A DNA stretch of 64,000 bases from Squalus acanthias. Lineage: Eukaryota. The DNA lies in contig CM059431.1 of assembly GCA_030390025.1 (NCBI GenBank), forward strand, positions 110,238,001 to 110,302,000, written 5' to 3'. The position numbers and the translations under genes were made by a program. Positions within the stretch are counted from its first letter, which is position 1. Each line of letters opens with the position of its first letter. Below, piece by piece: positions 54,103-64,000 of this stretch. The notes under the pieces were generated by a model, which worked only from the letters and a program-made list of their open reading frames with translations, was not told the origin of the DNA and ran no database searches.

Positions 54103-54450
54103 AGGTGCATTTTCTCTCTCAGATGAGACATTAAACCGAGGCTCCGTTTGCTCTCACAGGTGGATGTAAAAGATCCCGTGGCACTATTTTGAAGACGAGC
54201 AGGGGAGTTTTTTCATTGGTGTCCTGGCCAATATATTTATCCCTCAATCAACATCACTTTAAAAAAAAAAACATATTACCTGGTCATTATCACATTGCTG
54301 TATGTGGGCGCTTGCTGTGCGCAAATTGACTGCCGCATTTCCTACATTACAACAGTGACTACACTTCAGAAAGTATTTCATTTGCTGTAAAGCACTTTGG
54401 GAAGTCCGGTGGTCGTGAAAGGTGCTATATAAAATGCGAGTCTTTCTTTC
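54103..54450 (+). mobile_element. DeuSINE, 5'-truncated
   Basis: Deu-like core and tail. Confidence 0.75.
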
Positions 54451-54709
54451 TCCTTAACCCAAGGACACTGAGGTTAATTGTGTTCCTGTTGTCACCGGGC
54501 TATGATCAGCTAAGTCGACACAAGATTGAACCTCGCATCTTCCTGGTCTTTAAGCTTAAGTTACTCACTAAGCCATCGGGTGCCTTTTGGTTTACTGCTT
54601 ATGTTATTATGCAACCCATCTGACATTGGGACTTTTTTTCTTGGGAAAATCATGTCACTTCTTGGGTCAAGGTTTTTTCCTACAGGTACTGGAAGAAAGA
54701 AGGAAATTT

Positions 54710-56198
54710 GGTGCAAAAATGGAAAATGCTGGAAATACACAGCAGGTCAGGCAGCATCTGTGGAGAGAGACAGAGATAACGGGTTGAATTTTGCCAATGG
54801 GGAGCTTTTGGAGGCGGGACTCCCACTTGTCGGGTTTCAGTCCCGCCTCCATCAACTTCTGGCCAACCCACGCTATTTTCCCTTGATTGACCTTGTTAAG
54901 TCTGCCCAGCGGGCTTAGCGGGCCAATTAAGGGAAAGCCGGTGACAGAGAACGTCAGCGTATGACGTTTCATCTGTCAAAAAATGTTGACAGATGAATTG
55001 TCATCGTTTGACAGCTTTGTGAAGCTGTCAAACACTGACATTCTCTGTAGTTTGATGAGTTCTTGAATTCAAGACCTCATCAAACCTCTTTCTTTAGCCG
55101 AAATTAGATGGTTGTTGCATCGGAGAATGCAGCGGCCATCTGTCATCTCTGCCGCAAGGTGCGAGACTCTCCGCATACCCACCGACTGAAGCCTGCAGGA
55201 AGAAACAAAGGTAAGTAAGCTTTTTCTAACACTTTCCACTTACCTCACATACTCACCTCTCCACACTTGCACCCATCACTTACCTTCACAGCACACTTTT
55301 GTACCCCTCCGACCCCCGCAGACCCACTGCTCGCCTCGGTGACCCTGGCGGGGTTCGCAGGCCTTCAGGAAGCCCGCACTTGTGTGGTTAAAATGGGGAT
55401 AATCCTCTTATCTGCCTGTTAACTACCTGTTAACTGGCAGTTAAGTGGCACTAATCCCCTTCCCGCCTCCAAGGAGACGGGACCCGGTGCGGGTCGGCTA
55501 CCCGCCTCCTGGCAAGATGGTTGGGCACCCGCCCCCAGATTCTGCCATTTTCCCAGCAGTCCCGCCTCCATACCCGCCTCCCCAGGGCTGGCAAGATTGC
55601 GCCCAAGGTTTCAGGTCGGTGAGCTTTCATCAGAACTGGATGATGCTGCAGATTAAAAATGTTTAAGCAAGAAGCCAGGGAATGTGGCGGGGTGGCGGGG
55701 GGGGGGGGGGAGCGGGAGAAAGAACAAAGGGGAAGAGCTGTGGTAGGGTCTGCAGGAGTGCTTAAATGACAAAAGGGATGATGGGGCAAAAAAAGAGTGT
55801 GGTAATAAGACAAGTAATGAAACAGAAGATGGGTCTAGAGGAGGTGTAAATGGTGACAGCAGAATAACAGAGAGGGAGGGAGCCATGGGGAATCTGGCGA
55901 CAAGGAGATGGCTCCTCGTGGCCCAGGAATGTGAGTAGGAGAAAGGTGGGTAGACCCCAGGGGTGCGGACCACCCTGCCAGCCGTGTATCGAGAGGGGAT
56001 CCCCACCTCAAGCACCGGCCCACACCTCCTCCACTCCCAGTGGCTCTGGTGCAGCCAAACCCTCCATTACCAGCACCTGCTGGCTGAGAAAATGGGAGCG
56101 GTGGTTAAGATCTAAAGTTGTTGAACTCAGTGTTAAGGCCAGAAGGCTGTAAAGTGCCTAATAGAAAGATGAGGGGCTGTTCCTTGAGCTTGCGTTTG
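54710..56198 (-). mobile_element. Penelope-like 3' fragment, interrupted by the family A MITE
   Basis: The minus strand at ~56107-56198 reads KRKLKEQPLIFLLGTLQPSGLNTEFNNFRS*. Hammerhead remnant CTGATGA...GAAAC at 55608-55632. Confidence 0.75.
54781..55604 (+). mobile_element. Harbinger-type MITE, family A copy 3
   Basis: Ends GGGTTGAATTTTGCCA and TGGCAAGATTGCGCCC, flanked by AAC and AAG. Confidence 0.8.
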
Positions 56199-57229
56199 GG
56201 AAGGAAATTTGATGCTGTTTACACTGAACTCCTCCGGGACAAAACCATGGCATAGGCTAAGAAATTATTGCACATTGTGATGGTGAAAAAGGTATATTGA
56301 AATTCTTCTTTCAAGTTCCAAGGCACCAAAACTAAACATGAAATGATAAGTCACTAGTTTCAGAATGACTTGTTTTAGTTTCGTGGCTGAGATTAAAATC
56401 TTTCAACAAGTGATGTGAACCACCAATTCGACCTATTAGTTTCTGTAGCGGCATTGTAGCTTTAGAGGAAACTGAAAGCTCAATCATTCTGTTCAATGTA
56501 CTGCTTGATTCCAGTGACAGTTTCCCCTCTCTCTGTCTCTCTCTCTCTCTTTTTTCTCCCTTATCCATCCCAAGAAATCTAGAGCCATTGTGAAATGTTC
56601 TTTTTCTCTGTAAAATATGCATTCTTTCTCTCTCCCCCTCCCCCTCCCTTCCCCCTTCCTCCCCGAAATGTTCTTGTGAGTAGCCAGAAAGGGGGAATAA
56701 TAAGAGTAGAATATTCTGATTCGAGGAGTAAGAAATCACTGGTGGCATTCACAGAAATTAAATGGCAAGATTATTGAGTAATGTGGCGCAGTGGAATTTG
56801 GTTTTGGTGATCATTTGCATGTTCTGGTTGCCAAACCTGCAACTCATACGTATCTTTGTGATTGTGTCTCCTTTATAAAGCTCAGTTTGGTTAAATTAAT
56901 CAGATTTGTGGTGCCGTACCTCCAATCATAATCTGTTGTTCCAACCAGGGCTGAGATTTTGTTCACCTCGGCGGGTCCAGTGTGGCCGGTGTCGGTGGCG
57001 GGTTGCAGCCCTGCTGCTGGCTTTATCCCACTGTACAAAGTGAGCTTACCTCAGTGGGACTTGTTAAGCCCGCCCAGCGTGTTTCCTGGCCCAATTAGAT
57101 GGAGCGGGTCTGGTGACGTCATTCATGACGCGTCATCAGCCGGTTTCCTTAAAGGGACCATGGCCACCTTACTTTTGACATTTGTGCTCAGTGTTCTACA
57201 GCATTGAAGTGCTGCAAACACTGACAATC

Positions 57230-57470
57230 ACTGCACAGAGGCGCAGGGCTGCACCCAGGCTCTCCCCTGACTCCCTCCATATGCTTATGGAGGGAGTCAG
57301 AGCACGCGGGGAGGTCCTCTTCCCTTCCGATGGGCGGAAGGGACCTCCCCAGGAGATCAACACAGCCTGGTTGCACATTGCAGAGGAGGTCACAAGCAGG
57401 GAGGTGGTCAGGAGGACCTGGATGCAGTGGTGCAAACCTTTCAATGATCTCATTAGATCAGGAAATGTGA
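57230..57470 (+). pseudogene. Harbinger Myb/SANT-like DNA-binding protein remnant
   Basis: RRAAPRLS..SL.ML.EGV..R..VLFP...AW..IAEEV....VRRTW.QW.K.FNDL matches the pattern of the Harbinger/NAIF1-type Myb-like domain. It ends at a plausible GTGAGT donor near 57467. Confidence 0.7.
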
Positions 57471-58045
57471 GTACAAAGCCACACTCACCTTCATCCTGCT
57501 GTGCCACTCATCACATCCCCATCACTCTGTCTTCCCTACCCTACTCCTGCACATCCTTACTCACAACAACTTACCTTGCACCTCCACCCATCCCTCTGTC
57601 TCTATCTACATTATCACATCCCCATCTCACTAGCCACCCCTCAAACTCACCCTCATCCTAGTGCAATCATACCAACTAACAACGCACAAGGGTAGCCACT
57701 TGGGTGTTTTATTCAGTGTTCATGTCAAGTTTGTGATATCAAATATTGAAACCTTTATTTTCAACACTTTGCATTCTTGGACAGATTTGTGTGAACCTTT
57801 GGAAGTGGCTTAGTGAGTTGCAGTGAATGGTGAGACATAATGGTATCCCCCGCAATGGTGATGAGTGTGAAAGGAATGGCTTGGACATTATAGGGATGCT
57901 TTATGGTGTTGGTGTGAGGTGGTGCCAACCTGGTGCATCATGTGGCAGCCAGGGTGTACAGTGTCAAGTGAAGTAAATCTGGCCATGGTGAGGCCATCCC
58001 ATAAACTAAAACTAGAAAATTAAAAAGTAATATAAGGGTTAAGTC

Positions 58046-58993
58046 ATGGCAGTAGAGCTCGGACCTGTGTCATGCTCCTCCTGTAACATGTGGGAAATCA
58101 GGGACGCTTCCTGTGTCCCTGACAACCATGTGTGCGGGAAGTGTGTCCAGCTGCAGCTCATGTGGGACCGCATGACGGCCCTTGAGCTGCGGATGGACTC
58201 ACTTTGGAGCATCCACGATTCTGAGAGGGTTGTGGATAGCACATTTAGTGAGTTGGTCACACTGCAGGTTAAGGCCAGCGTAGATAGTACATGGGTGACC
58301 AAAAGGCAGAGCAAGGGCAGGAAGGTAGTGCAGAAATCCCCTGGGGTTGTCTCCCTTAGCAACAGGTTCACCGCCTTAGGTGCTGTTGTCGGGGGGGATG
58401 ACTCATCGGGGGAAGGCACCAGCAGCCAGGCTCATGGCACCATGACTGGCTCTGTTGCAAAGAAGGGAGGGAAAAAGAGTGGCAGGGCTATAGTAATAGG
58501 GGATTCGATTGTAAGGGGAATAGATAGGGGTTTCTGTGGTCGCGACCGAGACTCCAGGATGGTATGTTGCCTCCCTGGTGCAAGGGTCAAGGATGTCTCG
58601 GCGCGGGTGCAGAACATTCTGGAGGGGGAGGGGGAACAGCCAGTTGTCGTGATACATGTTGGTACCAACGACGTAGCTAAAAAAAGGGAAGAGGTCCTAC
58701 AAGTAGAATTTAGGGAGTTAGGAGCAAAGCTAAAAAGTAGGACCTCGAAGGTAGTAATCTCTGGATTACTACCAGTGCCACGTGCTAGTAACAGTACAAA
58801 GAACAGGATAGTTAGGCTAAATACGTGGCTTGAGCAGTGGTGTAAGAGGGAGGGTTTTAAATTTTTGAGGCATTGGAACCAGTTTTGTGGTAGGTGTGAC
58901 CTATACAAAAGGGACGGTCTACACCTGTGCAAAGATGGAACTGATGTTCTCGGGGTAATTTTTGATAAAGCAGTTCGGGAGCATTTAAACTAG
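58046..58993 (+). CDS. CR1 ORF1p: N-terminal zinc finger plus SGNH/GDSL esterase-like domain
   Basis: CSSC...CGKC zinc finger and esterase blocks IVIGDSIVR, LPGA, HVGTND and DGLHL. 315 aa with no internal stops. Confidence 0.93.
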   Translation: MAVELGPVSCSSCNMWEIRDASCVPDNHVCGKCVQLQLMWDRMTALELRMDSLWSIHDSERVVDSTFSELVTLQVKASVDSTWVTKRQSKGRKVVQKSPGVVSLSNRFTALGAVVGGDDSSGEGTSSQAHGTMTGSVAKKGGKKSGRAIVIGDSIVRGIDRGFCGRDRDSRMVCCLPGARVKDVSARVQNILEGEGEQPVVVIHVGTNDVAKKREEVLQVEFRELGAKLKSRTSKVVISGLLPVPRASNSTKNRIVRLNTWLEQWCKREGFKFLRHWNQFCGRCDLYKRDGLHLCKDGTDVLGVIFDKAVREHLN

Positions 58994-61926
58994 TATGGCA
59001 GGGGGCTAGAAACCTATGTAGTGAAATAGAGGAAAGTGAAAGGCAGACAGAAATAAATGTGAGGAACAAAAAACAAAGGGCCAAACTAATTCATAAAAAA
59101 TGTGAGCATAAAAAAAGCCTGAGGGTTTTATACCTTAATGCGAGAAGCATCAGGAACAAGATAGATGAATTAGCTGTGGAAATAGAGGTTAATAATTATG
59201 ATCTAATTGGGATTACGGAAACATGGTTGCAGGGTGAGCAGGGCTGGGAGCTTAACATACAGGGGTATTCAGTATTTAGGAAGGATCGACAAAAAAGAAA
59301 GGGAGGAGGGGTAGCATTGCTGGTAAAAGAGGGGATAAATGCAATTGAAAGGAAGGATATTAACTCAGTTAATACAGAATCTATATGGGTGGAGCTAAGA
59401 AATAGCGAGGGGCGAAAAACATTAATAGGAGTGGTATATAGGCCTCCAAATAGTAAAATAGAGGTTGGGGAGGGCATCACGAGGGAAATTAGAGAAGCGT
59501 GCAATAAGAGCACAGCTGTCATCATAGGTGACTTTAACTTACATATAGATTGGACTAGCCTAATCAGTAAAAATAATGAGGAGGAGGAATTCCTTGAGTG
59601 TTTAAGGGATGGTTATCTGGATCAATATGTCGAGGAACCAACTCGGGAACAGGCTATATTGGACTGGGTACTGTGCAATGAGAAGGGACTAATTAGTAAT
59701 CTTGTTGTACGGGGACCCTTGGGTCAGAGCGATCATAACATGATCGATTTCTCACTCGAAATGGAGAGCGAAGAAATTGACTCAGAGACTAAGGTCCTGA
59801 ATTTAAACAAAGGGAATTATGATGCCATTAGACGGGAACTGAGTAGGTCTGATTGGACAACGTTCCTGGGAGGACTGGAGGTAGATAAACAATGGCAAGC
59901 ATTTAAAGATAGAATGACAAAATTGCAAAAATTGTTTATACCAATCTGGCATAAAAGGAAATCTAAAAAGGTGACTCAACCGTGGGTAACAGGGGAAATT
60001 AGAGACAGCATAAAATCCAAAGATAGGGCGTATAAAATAGCCAAAAAAAGCGCCAGAGCGGAAGATTGGGAACAGTTTAAGATAGAGCAAAGAAGGACAA
60101 AGGGCTTAATCAAGAGGGGCAAAATAGCTTACGAAAGCAAGCTGGCGGAAAATATAAAAACTAACTCCAAAAGCTTTTATAAGTACATCAAGAGGAAAAG
60201 ACTGGTGAAAACCAAAGTTGGTCCATTGCAGTCAGATACGGGGGAATATATAACGGGAAATAAGGAAATGGCAGACCAACTAAATGCATACTTTGGGTCA
60301 GTCTTTACGAAGGAAGATACAAAAAACCTCCCTGGGATATCGGGAAAAATAGGGACATTGGCAAAGGAGGAACTGACGCAAATCAATATCTCTGAGGATA
60401 TGGTGTTAAGGAAGCTAAAGGGATTGAAGGCGGACAAATCCCTAGGGCCTGATAACATGCATCCTAGGGTACTGAAGGAGGTGGCCCTAGAGATAGCGGA
60501 TGCACTAAGTATGATTTTTCAGAATTCATTAGACTCGGGAACAGTGCCCATGGATTGGAGGGTAGCTAACGTTACCCCACTATTCAAAAAGGGGGGTAGG
60601 GAAAAAGCAGGTAATTACAGACCTGTAAGCCTTACATCAGTTGTGGGCAAAATGCTGGAGTCCATCATTAAGGATGAAATAGCGGAGCACTTAGCAAATG
60701 GGGACAGGATAGGACAGAGTCAACATGGATTTACAAAGGGTAAATCGTGCTTGACTAATCTATTGGAATTTTTTGAGGGAGTAACTGGTAAAATAGATGG
60801 GGGAGAGCCAGTAGATGTGGTGTACCTGGACTTCCAAAAGGCCTTCGACAAGGTCCCACATAAAAGATTAGCATGGAAAATTGAAGCTCATGGGATAAAG
60901 GGGAAAGTATTGACGTGGATAGAGAACTGGCTGTCAGATAGAAAACAGAGAGTTGGAATAAACGGCTCATTTTCTGAATGGCAGGCAGTAACAAGTGGGG
61001 TACCGCAGGGATCTGTCCTGGGTCCCCAGCTGTTCACAATTTATATTAATGACCTGGATCAGGGAGTCGGATGCAGCATTTCCAAATTTGCAGACGACAC
61101 TAAACTAGGAGGGGGGGTGGGCTCAGAGGAGGAGACCAGGAAGCTCCAGAGCGATTTGGACAGACTGGGTGATTGGGCGGATAAATGGCAGATGCACTAT
61201 AATGTGGACAAGTGCGAAGTTATCCACCTTGGGTGCAGGAACGGGAGGGCAAATTATTATTTAAATGGCAATAAATTGGGAGAGGGGGAAGTACAGAGAG
61301 ACCTGGGTGTTCTTGTACACCAGTCACTGAAGGCGAGCATGCAGGTGCAACAGGCGGTCAAGAAGGCAAACAGTATGCTGGCCTTCATAGCAAAAGGGTT
61401 GGAATACAGGAACAGGGATACCTTGCTGCAGCTGTACAGGGCACTGGTGAGACCACACCTCGAGTACTGTGTACAGTTTTGGTCGCCTCATCTGAGGAAA
61501 GATGTTCTTGCCATGGAGGGGGTGCAGCGGCGATTCACCAGGCTGATACCAGGAATGGCGGGATTGACCTATGAGGAGAGACTATGTAGTTTAGGGATGT
61601 ACACACTGGAGTTTAGAAGATTGAGAGGGGACCTCATAGAAATGTATAAAATTCTGACAGGTCTAGACAGACTAGATGCAGAAGGAATGTTTCCCTTGGC
61701 GGGTGAGAACAGAACTAGAGGACATAATTTAAGGATAAGGGCTAAACCATTTAGGACAGAAATGAGGGGGAATTTCTTCACTCAGAGGGTGGTGAACCTG
61801 TGGAACTCATTGCCACAGAGGGCAGTGTACGCCAGCTCATTAAATATATTTAAGAGGGAATTAGATATATTTCTACAGGCAAAAGGGGTTAAGGGTTACG
61901 GAGAGAAGGCGGGGACGGGATACTGA
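58969..61926 (+). CDS. CR1 ORF2p: APE endonuclease plus reverse transcriptase
   Basis: APE motifs YLNARS, GITETWL, YRPP, GDFN and SDH. RT motifs YRPVSLTS, YLDFQKAFDKV, GVPQGSVLGP and KFADDTK, and a C-terminal WNSLP. The frame is stop-free from 58969; the ORF track's start at 59059 is a GTG. Confidence 0.95.
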   Translation, partial: SSSGAFKLVWQGARNLCSEIEESERQTEINVRNKKQRAKLIHKKCEHKKSLRVLYLNARSIRNKIDELAVEIEVNNYDLIGITETWLQGEQGWELNIQGYSVFRKDRQKRKGGGVALLVKEGINAIERKDINSVNTESIWVELRNSEGRKTLIGVVYRPPNSKIEVGEGITREIREACNKSTAVIIGDFNLHIDWTSLISKNNEEEEFLECLRDGYLDQYVEEPTREQAILDWVLCNEKGLISNLVVRGPLGQSDHNMIDFSLEMESEEIDSETKVLNLNKGNYDAIRRELSRSDWTTFLGGLEVDKQWQAFKDRMTKLQKLFIPIWHKRKSKKVTQPWVTGEIRDSIKSKDRAYKIAKKSARAEDWEQFKIEQRRTKGLIKRGKIAYESKLAENIKTNSKSFYKYIKRKRLVKTKVGPLQSDTGEYITGNKEMADQLNAYFGSVFTKEDTKNLPGISGKIGTLAKEELTQINISEDMVLRKLKGLKADKSLGPDNMHPRVLKEVALEIADALSMIFQNSLDSGTVPMDWRVANVTPLFKKGGREKAGNYRPVSLTSVVGKMLESIIKDEIAEHLANGDRIGQSQHGFTKGKSCLTNLLEFFEGVTGKIDGGEPVDVVYLDFQKAFDKVPHKRLAWKIEAHGIKGKVLTWIENWLSDRKQRVGINGSFSEWQAVTSGVPQGSVLGPQLFTIYINDLDQGVGCSISKFADDTKLGGGVGSEEETRKLQSDLDRLGDWADKWQMHYNVDKCEVIHLGCRNGRANYYLNGNKLGEGEVQRDLGVLVHQSLKASMQVQQAVKKANSMLAFIAKGLEYRNRDTLLQLYRALVRPHLEYCVQFWSPHLRKDVLAMEGVQRRFTRLIPGMAGLTYEERLCSLGMYTLEFRRLRGDLIEMYKILTGLDRLDAEGMFPLAGENRTRGHNLRIRAKPFRTEMRGNFFTQRVVNLWNSLPQRAVYASSLNIFKRELDIFLQAKGVKGYGEKAGTGY

Positions 61927-63484
61927 ATTGGAGGATCAGCCATGATCTCATTAAATGGCGGAGCAGGCTCGAAGGGCCGGATGGCCTACTCCTGCTCCTA
62001 TCTTCTATGTATCTATGTATCCCTGGTGTCGCCCGGGCAGCATGTGGTCGGGTGCTGATGCCCTCTGTCCTGTGCATCATCAGTTGATTGCGGAGAAGGT
62101 TGGTGGTGTTGTTGGTGCTGCTGGTGTGTCTGGTGCTGCTGGTGTTGGGGCTGATTATGGTGGGATTTTTAGGACCAAGGTGAGACAGTATAAATGGTAC
62201 CCATGCTGATGGAATAGATGGCAGGTGAAGTTGAGATGCCAGACGCGATCTGTCAATGGTGAGAGAGGTTGCTCCAATGAGGTGACACTGGATAGAGAGT
62301 TTGCTCCAAACACTTGCAAGCTGCATAAAGCTCAATCTGTCTTCCAAATGGAGTAAGCAACTGCTTCTGCGCTTGGAAAGTGAACAGCTGTGAGATGGGA
62401 GCTTTTATAGCACATTTCAAGCTGTCAACTAATCAGCTGATTCAATAGCCATTCAACTCCCGCCTCAGGTTAACAGACGTGGTCCACGAGCTGCATGCAC
62501 TCTGTGGGCGAGCAGTTAAAGTGAAAAGGTAAGGTTAAAACCATTATTAAGGGTCTGTCAACAAGCCAATAATTGCTTTAATAAGGTCGCCCGCCTCTGC
62601 GGGTCGGGTCCGATCCAAAATCACAGACTTGCCATTGCGAAAGGCGTGTTGCGGTGGGATGACAGCGGGTTCCTAACCCGCTGTGAAAAAGATCAAATTT
62701 CCCACCCGACCCACCACCGATCCCGCCCGCTGACCCCCGAAAATTCCGGCCCAGGAAATTCTTTCCCTTGCTGCTAGACTATAATTAAAGGTGCAGTGCT
62801 GCCATTCTATTTGGGGCACAAAGGAACCGGCTTCACTTTGAATGTCGAGCTTACAAAGCAAGGACTAGCATCGGTGAATTGAAGTTCAGAGTTGCTCTTT
62901 TACCAGACCTGAAAATTCACTGGAGGAAAACCTAATGCTGGAAGAACTCTTAGAGCCAGTCTTAGTAAGTCTTGCTTCTCTGTTGCTCCCCTAATCTGTC
63001 TACAGTTGAAGATACAGCAGAAGGTAGAGGTAAAACAAAATAAAGTGAAAGGGAAGAAGGAAAAGTGGACTCGAACTTGTTTCTACTTTGTGGCTTTTTA
63101 TTGTAAGTTTTTAAAAAAAACGTAGTTTCTGGACACGACCGGCAAGGCTACAGATGTATGTCAATATTGAAAGACTTTTTAATGGGATCTGAGGTGATCT
63201 GTTTGAAATCTTTGCTCCTCAGATGAAGTAGCCACTCAGTTATAATGATCAAACGTGGGACCTTTCCAAATTGATCATAACTGAACTTTTTCGTAACTGG
63301 AAACCATATGATATTGGCATTGAGTTTCCCTTTAAGTAGGAGTGACTACTATGAATTTTTTTTAAAAATTGCAATGAGCTGAAACGTTTTCTGGATTGAA
63401 GGCCCTTTTCAGATTGTGGGTGCCCTTAAGAAACAAGAATAATTTAGCCTATCTATGATAGCGATTGTTTGCTGAGTTTAAATC

Positions 63485-63920
63485 TCAGCTGTGGCTTAGT
63501 GGTAGCATTCTTACCTCTGAGATAGAAAGTTGTGGGTACAAGCCCCACTGCAAACACATAATCCAGGCTGACACTTCAGTGCAGTACTGATGGAGTGCTG
63601 CACTGTTGGAGGTGCCATCTTTCAGATAAGACATTAAACTAAGGCCCCATCTGCCCTCTCAGGTGGGTGTAAAAGATCCAATGAAACTATTTAAAGAGCA
63701 GGGGCGTTCTCCCTGGTGTCCTGACCAACATATATCCCTCAACCAACACGACTAAAAACAGATTATTTGATCAATTGTCTCATCAGTGTTTGTGGGAGCT
63801 TGCTGTGCGCAAATTGGCTGCCGCGTTCCCTACATTACAACAGTGACTACACTTCAAAAGTACTTCATTGGCTGTAAAGCGCTTTGGGATGTCCCGAGAT
63901 TGTGAAAGGCGCTGAATAAA
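63485..63920 (+). mobile_element. DeuSINE (SacSINE1-like)
   Basis: Head, core and tail as in the other copies. Confidence 0.8.
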
Positions 63921-64000
63921 TGGTTGCTGCATTTCCCTACGTTGAACAGTGACTGCAACTGAAGTCTTGAAAGGCCCTATTTAAGTGCTAGTTTGTGCTT

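Larger units (their letters stand above)
58001..62020 (+). mobile_element. Near full-length CR1-clade LINE with both ORFs intact
   Basis: ORF1 followed by ORF2, a short 3' UTR and a (TCTATGTA)n tail ending ~62020. ATCCC is present at both junctions (57996-58000 and 62019-62023). Only ~45 nt of 5' UTR is retained. Confidence 0.95.
56949..62751. mobile_element. Internally deleted PIF/Harbinger-type DNA transposon, interrupted by the CR1 at 58001-62020
   Basis: Imperfect 12-bp TIRs (GGCTGAGATTTT and AAAATTCCGGCC), CAG duplicated at 56946-56948 and 62752-62754, and a Myb/SANT-like ORF remnant inside. Confidence 0.65.

Noticed and set aside
59059..59061. ORF-track start codon of CR1 ORF2
   Set aside because: It is a GTG and the frame is open upstream to 58969, so nothing marks it as the true start.

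Overview
Vertebrate genomic DNA, very probably from a shark or other cartilaginous fish (inferred from SacSINE1-like DeuSINEs, an HE1-like V-SINE and the CR1 types present). The only host gene I can support is KLF5 (+): a GC/CCAAT promoter at ~31.0 kb, coding exon 1 at 31331-31504 and exon 2 at 44768-45635. The zinc-finger exons were not found and probably lie beyond the window. Much of the rest is nested transposable elements: CR1 and L2 LINE fragments, DeuSINEs, Penelope-like fragments carrying minimal hammerhead-ribozyme motifs, several Harbinger-type MITE families, a hAT MITE and a probable 1.9-kb solo LTR. Intron 2 holds an intact two-ORF CR1 inserted into a Harbinger derivative. The strongest observation is at that CR1's ORF1/ORF2 junction: an in-register U_UUA_AAC heptamer directly before the ORF1 stop, with an AUG-less ORF2 open in the -1 frame. 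The heptamer plus stop is also present in a second, divergent CR1 copy, which suggests -1 programmed ribosomal frameshifting. All calls are by eye; family names are from recall and need confirmation by database search.
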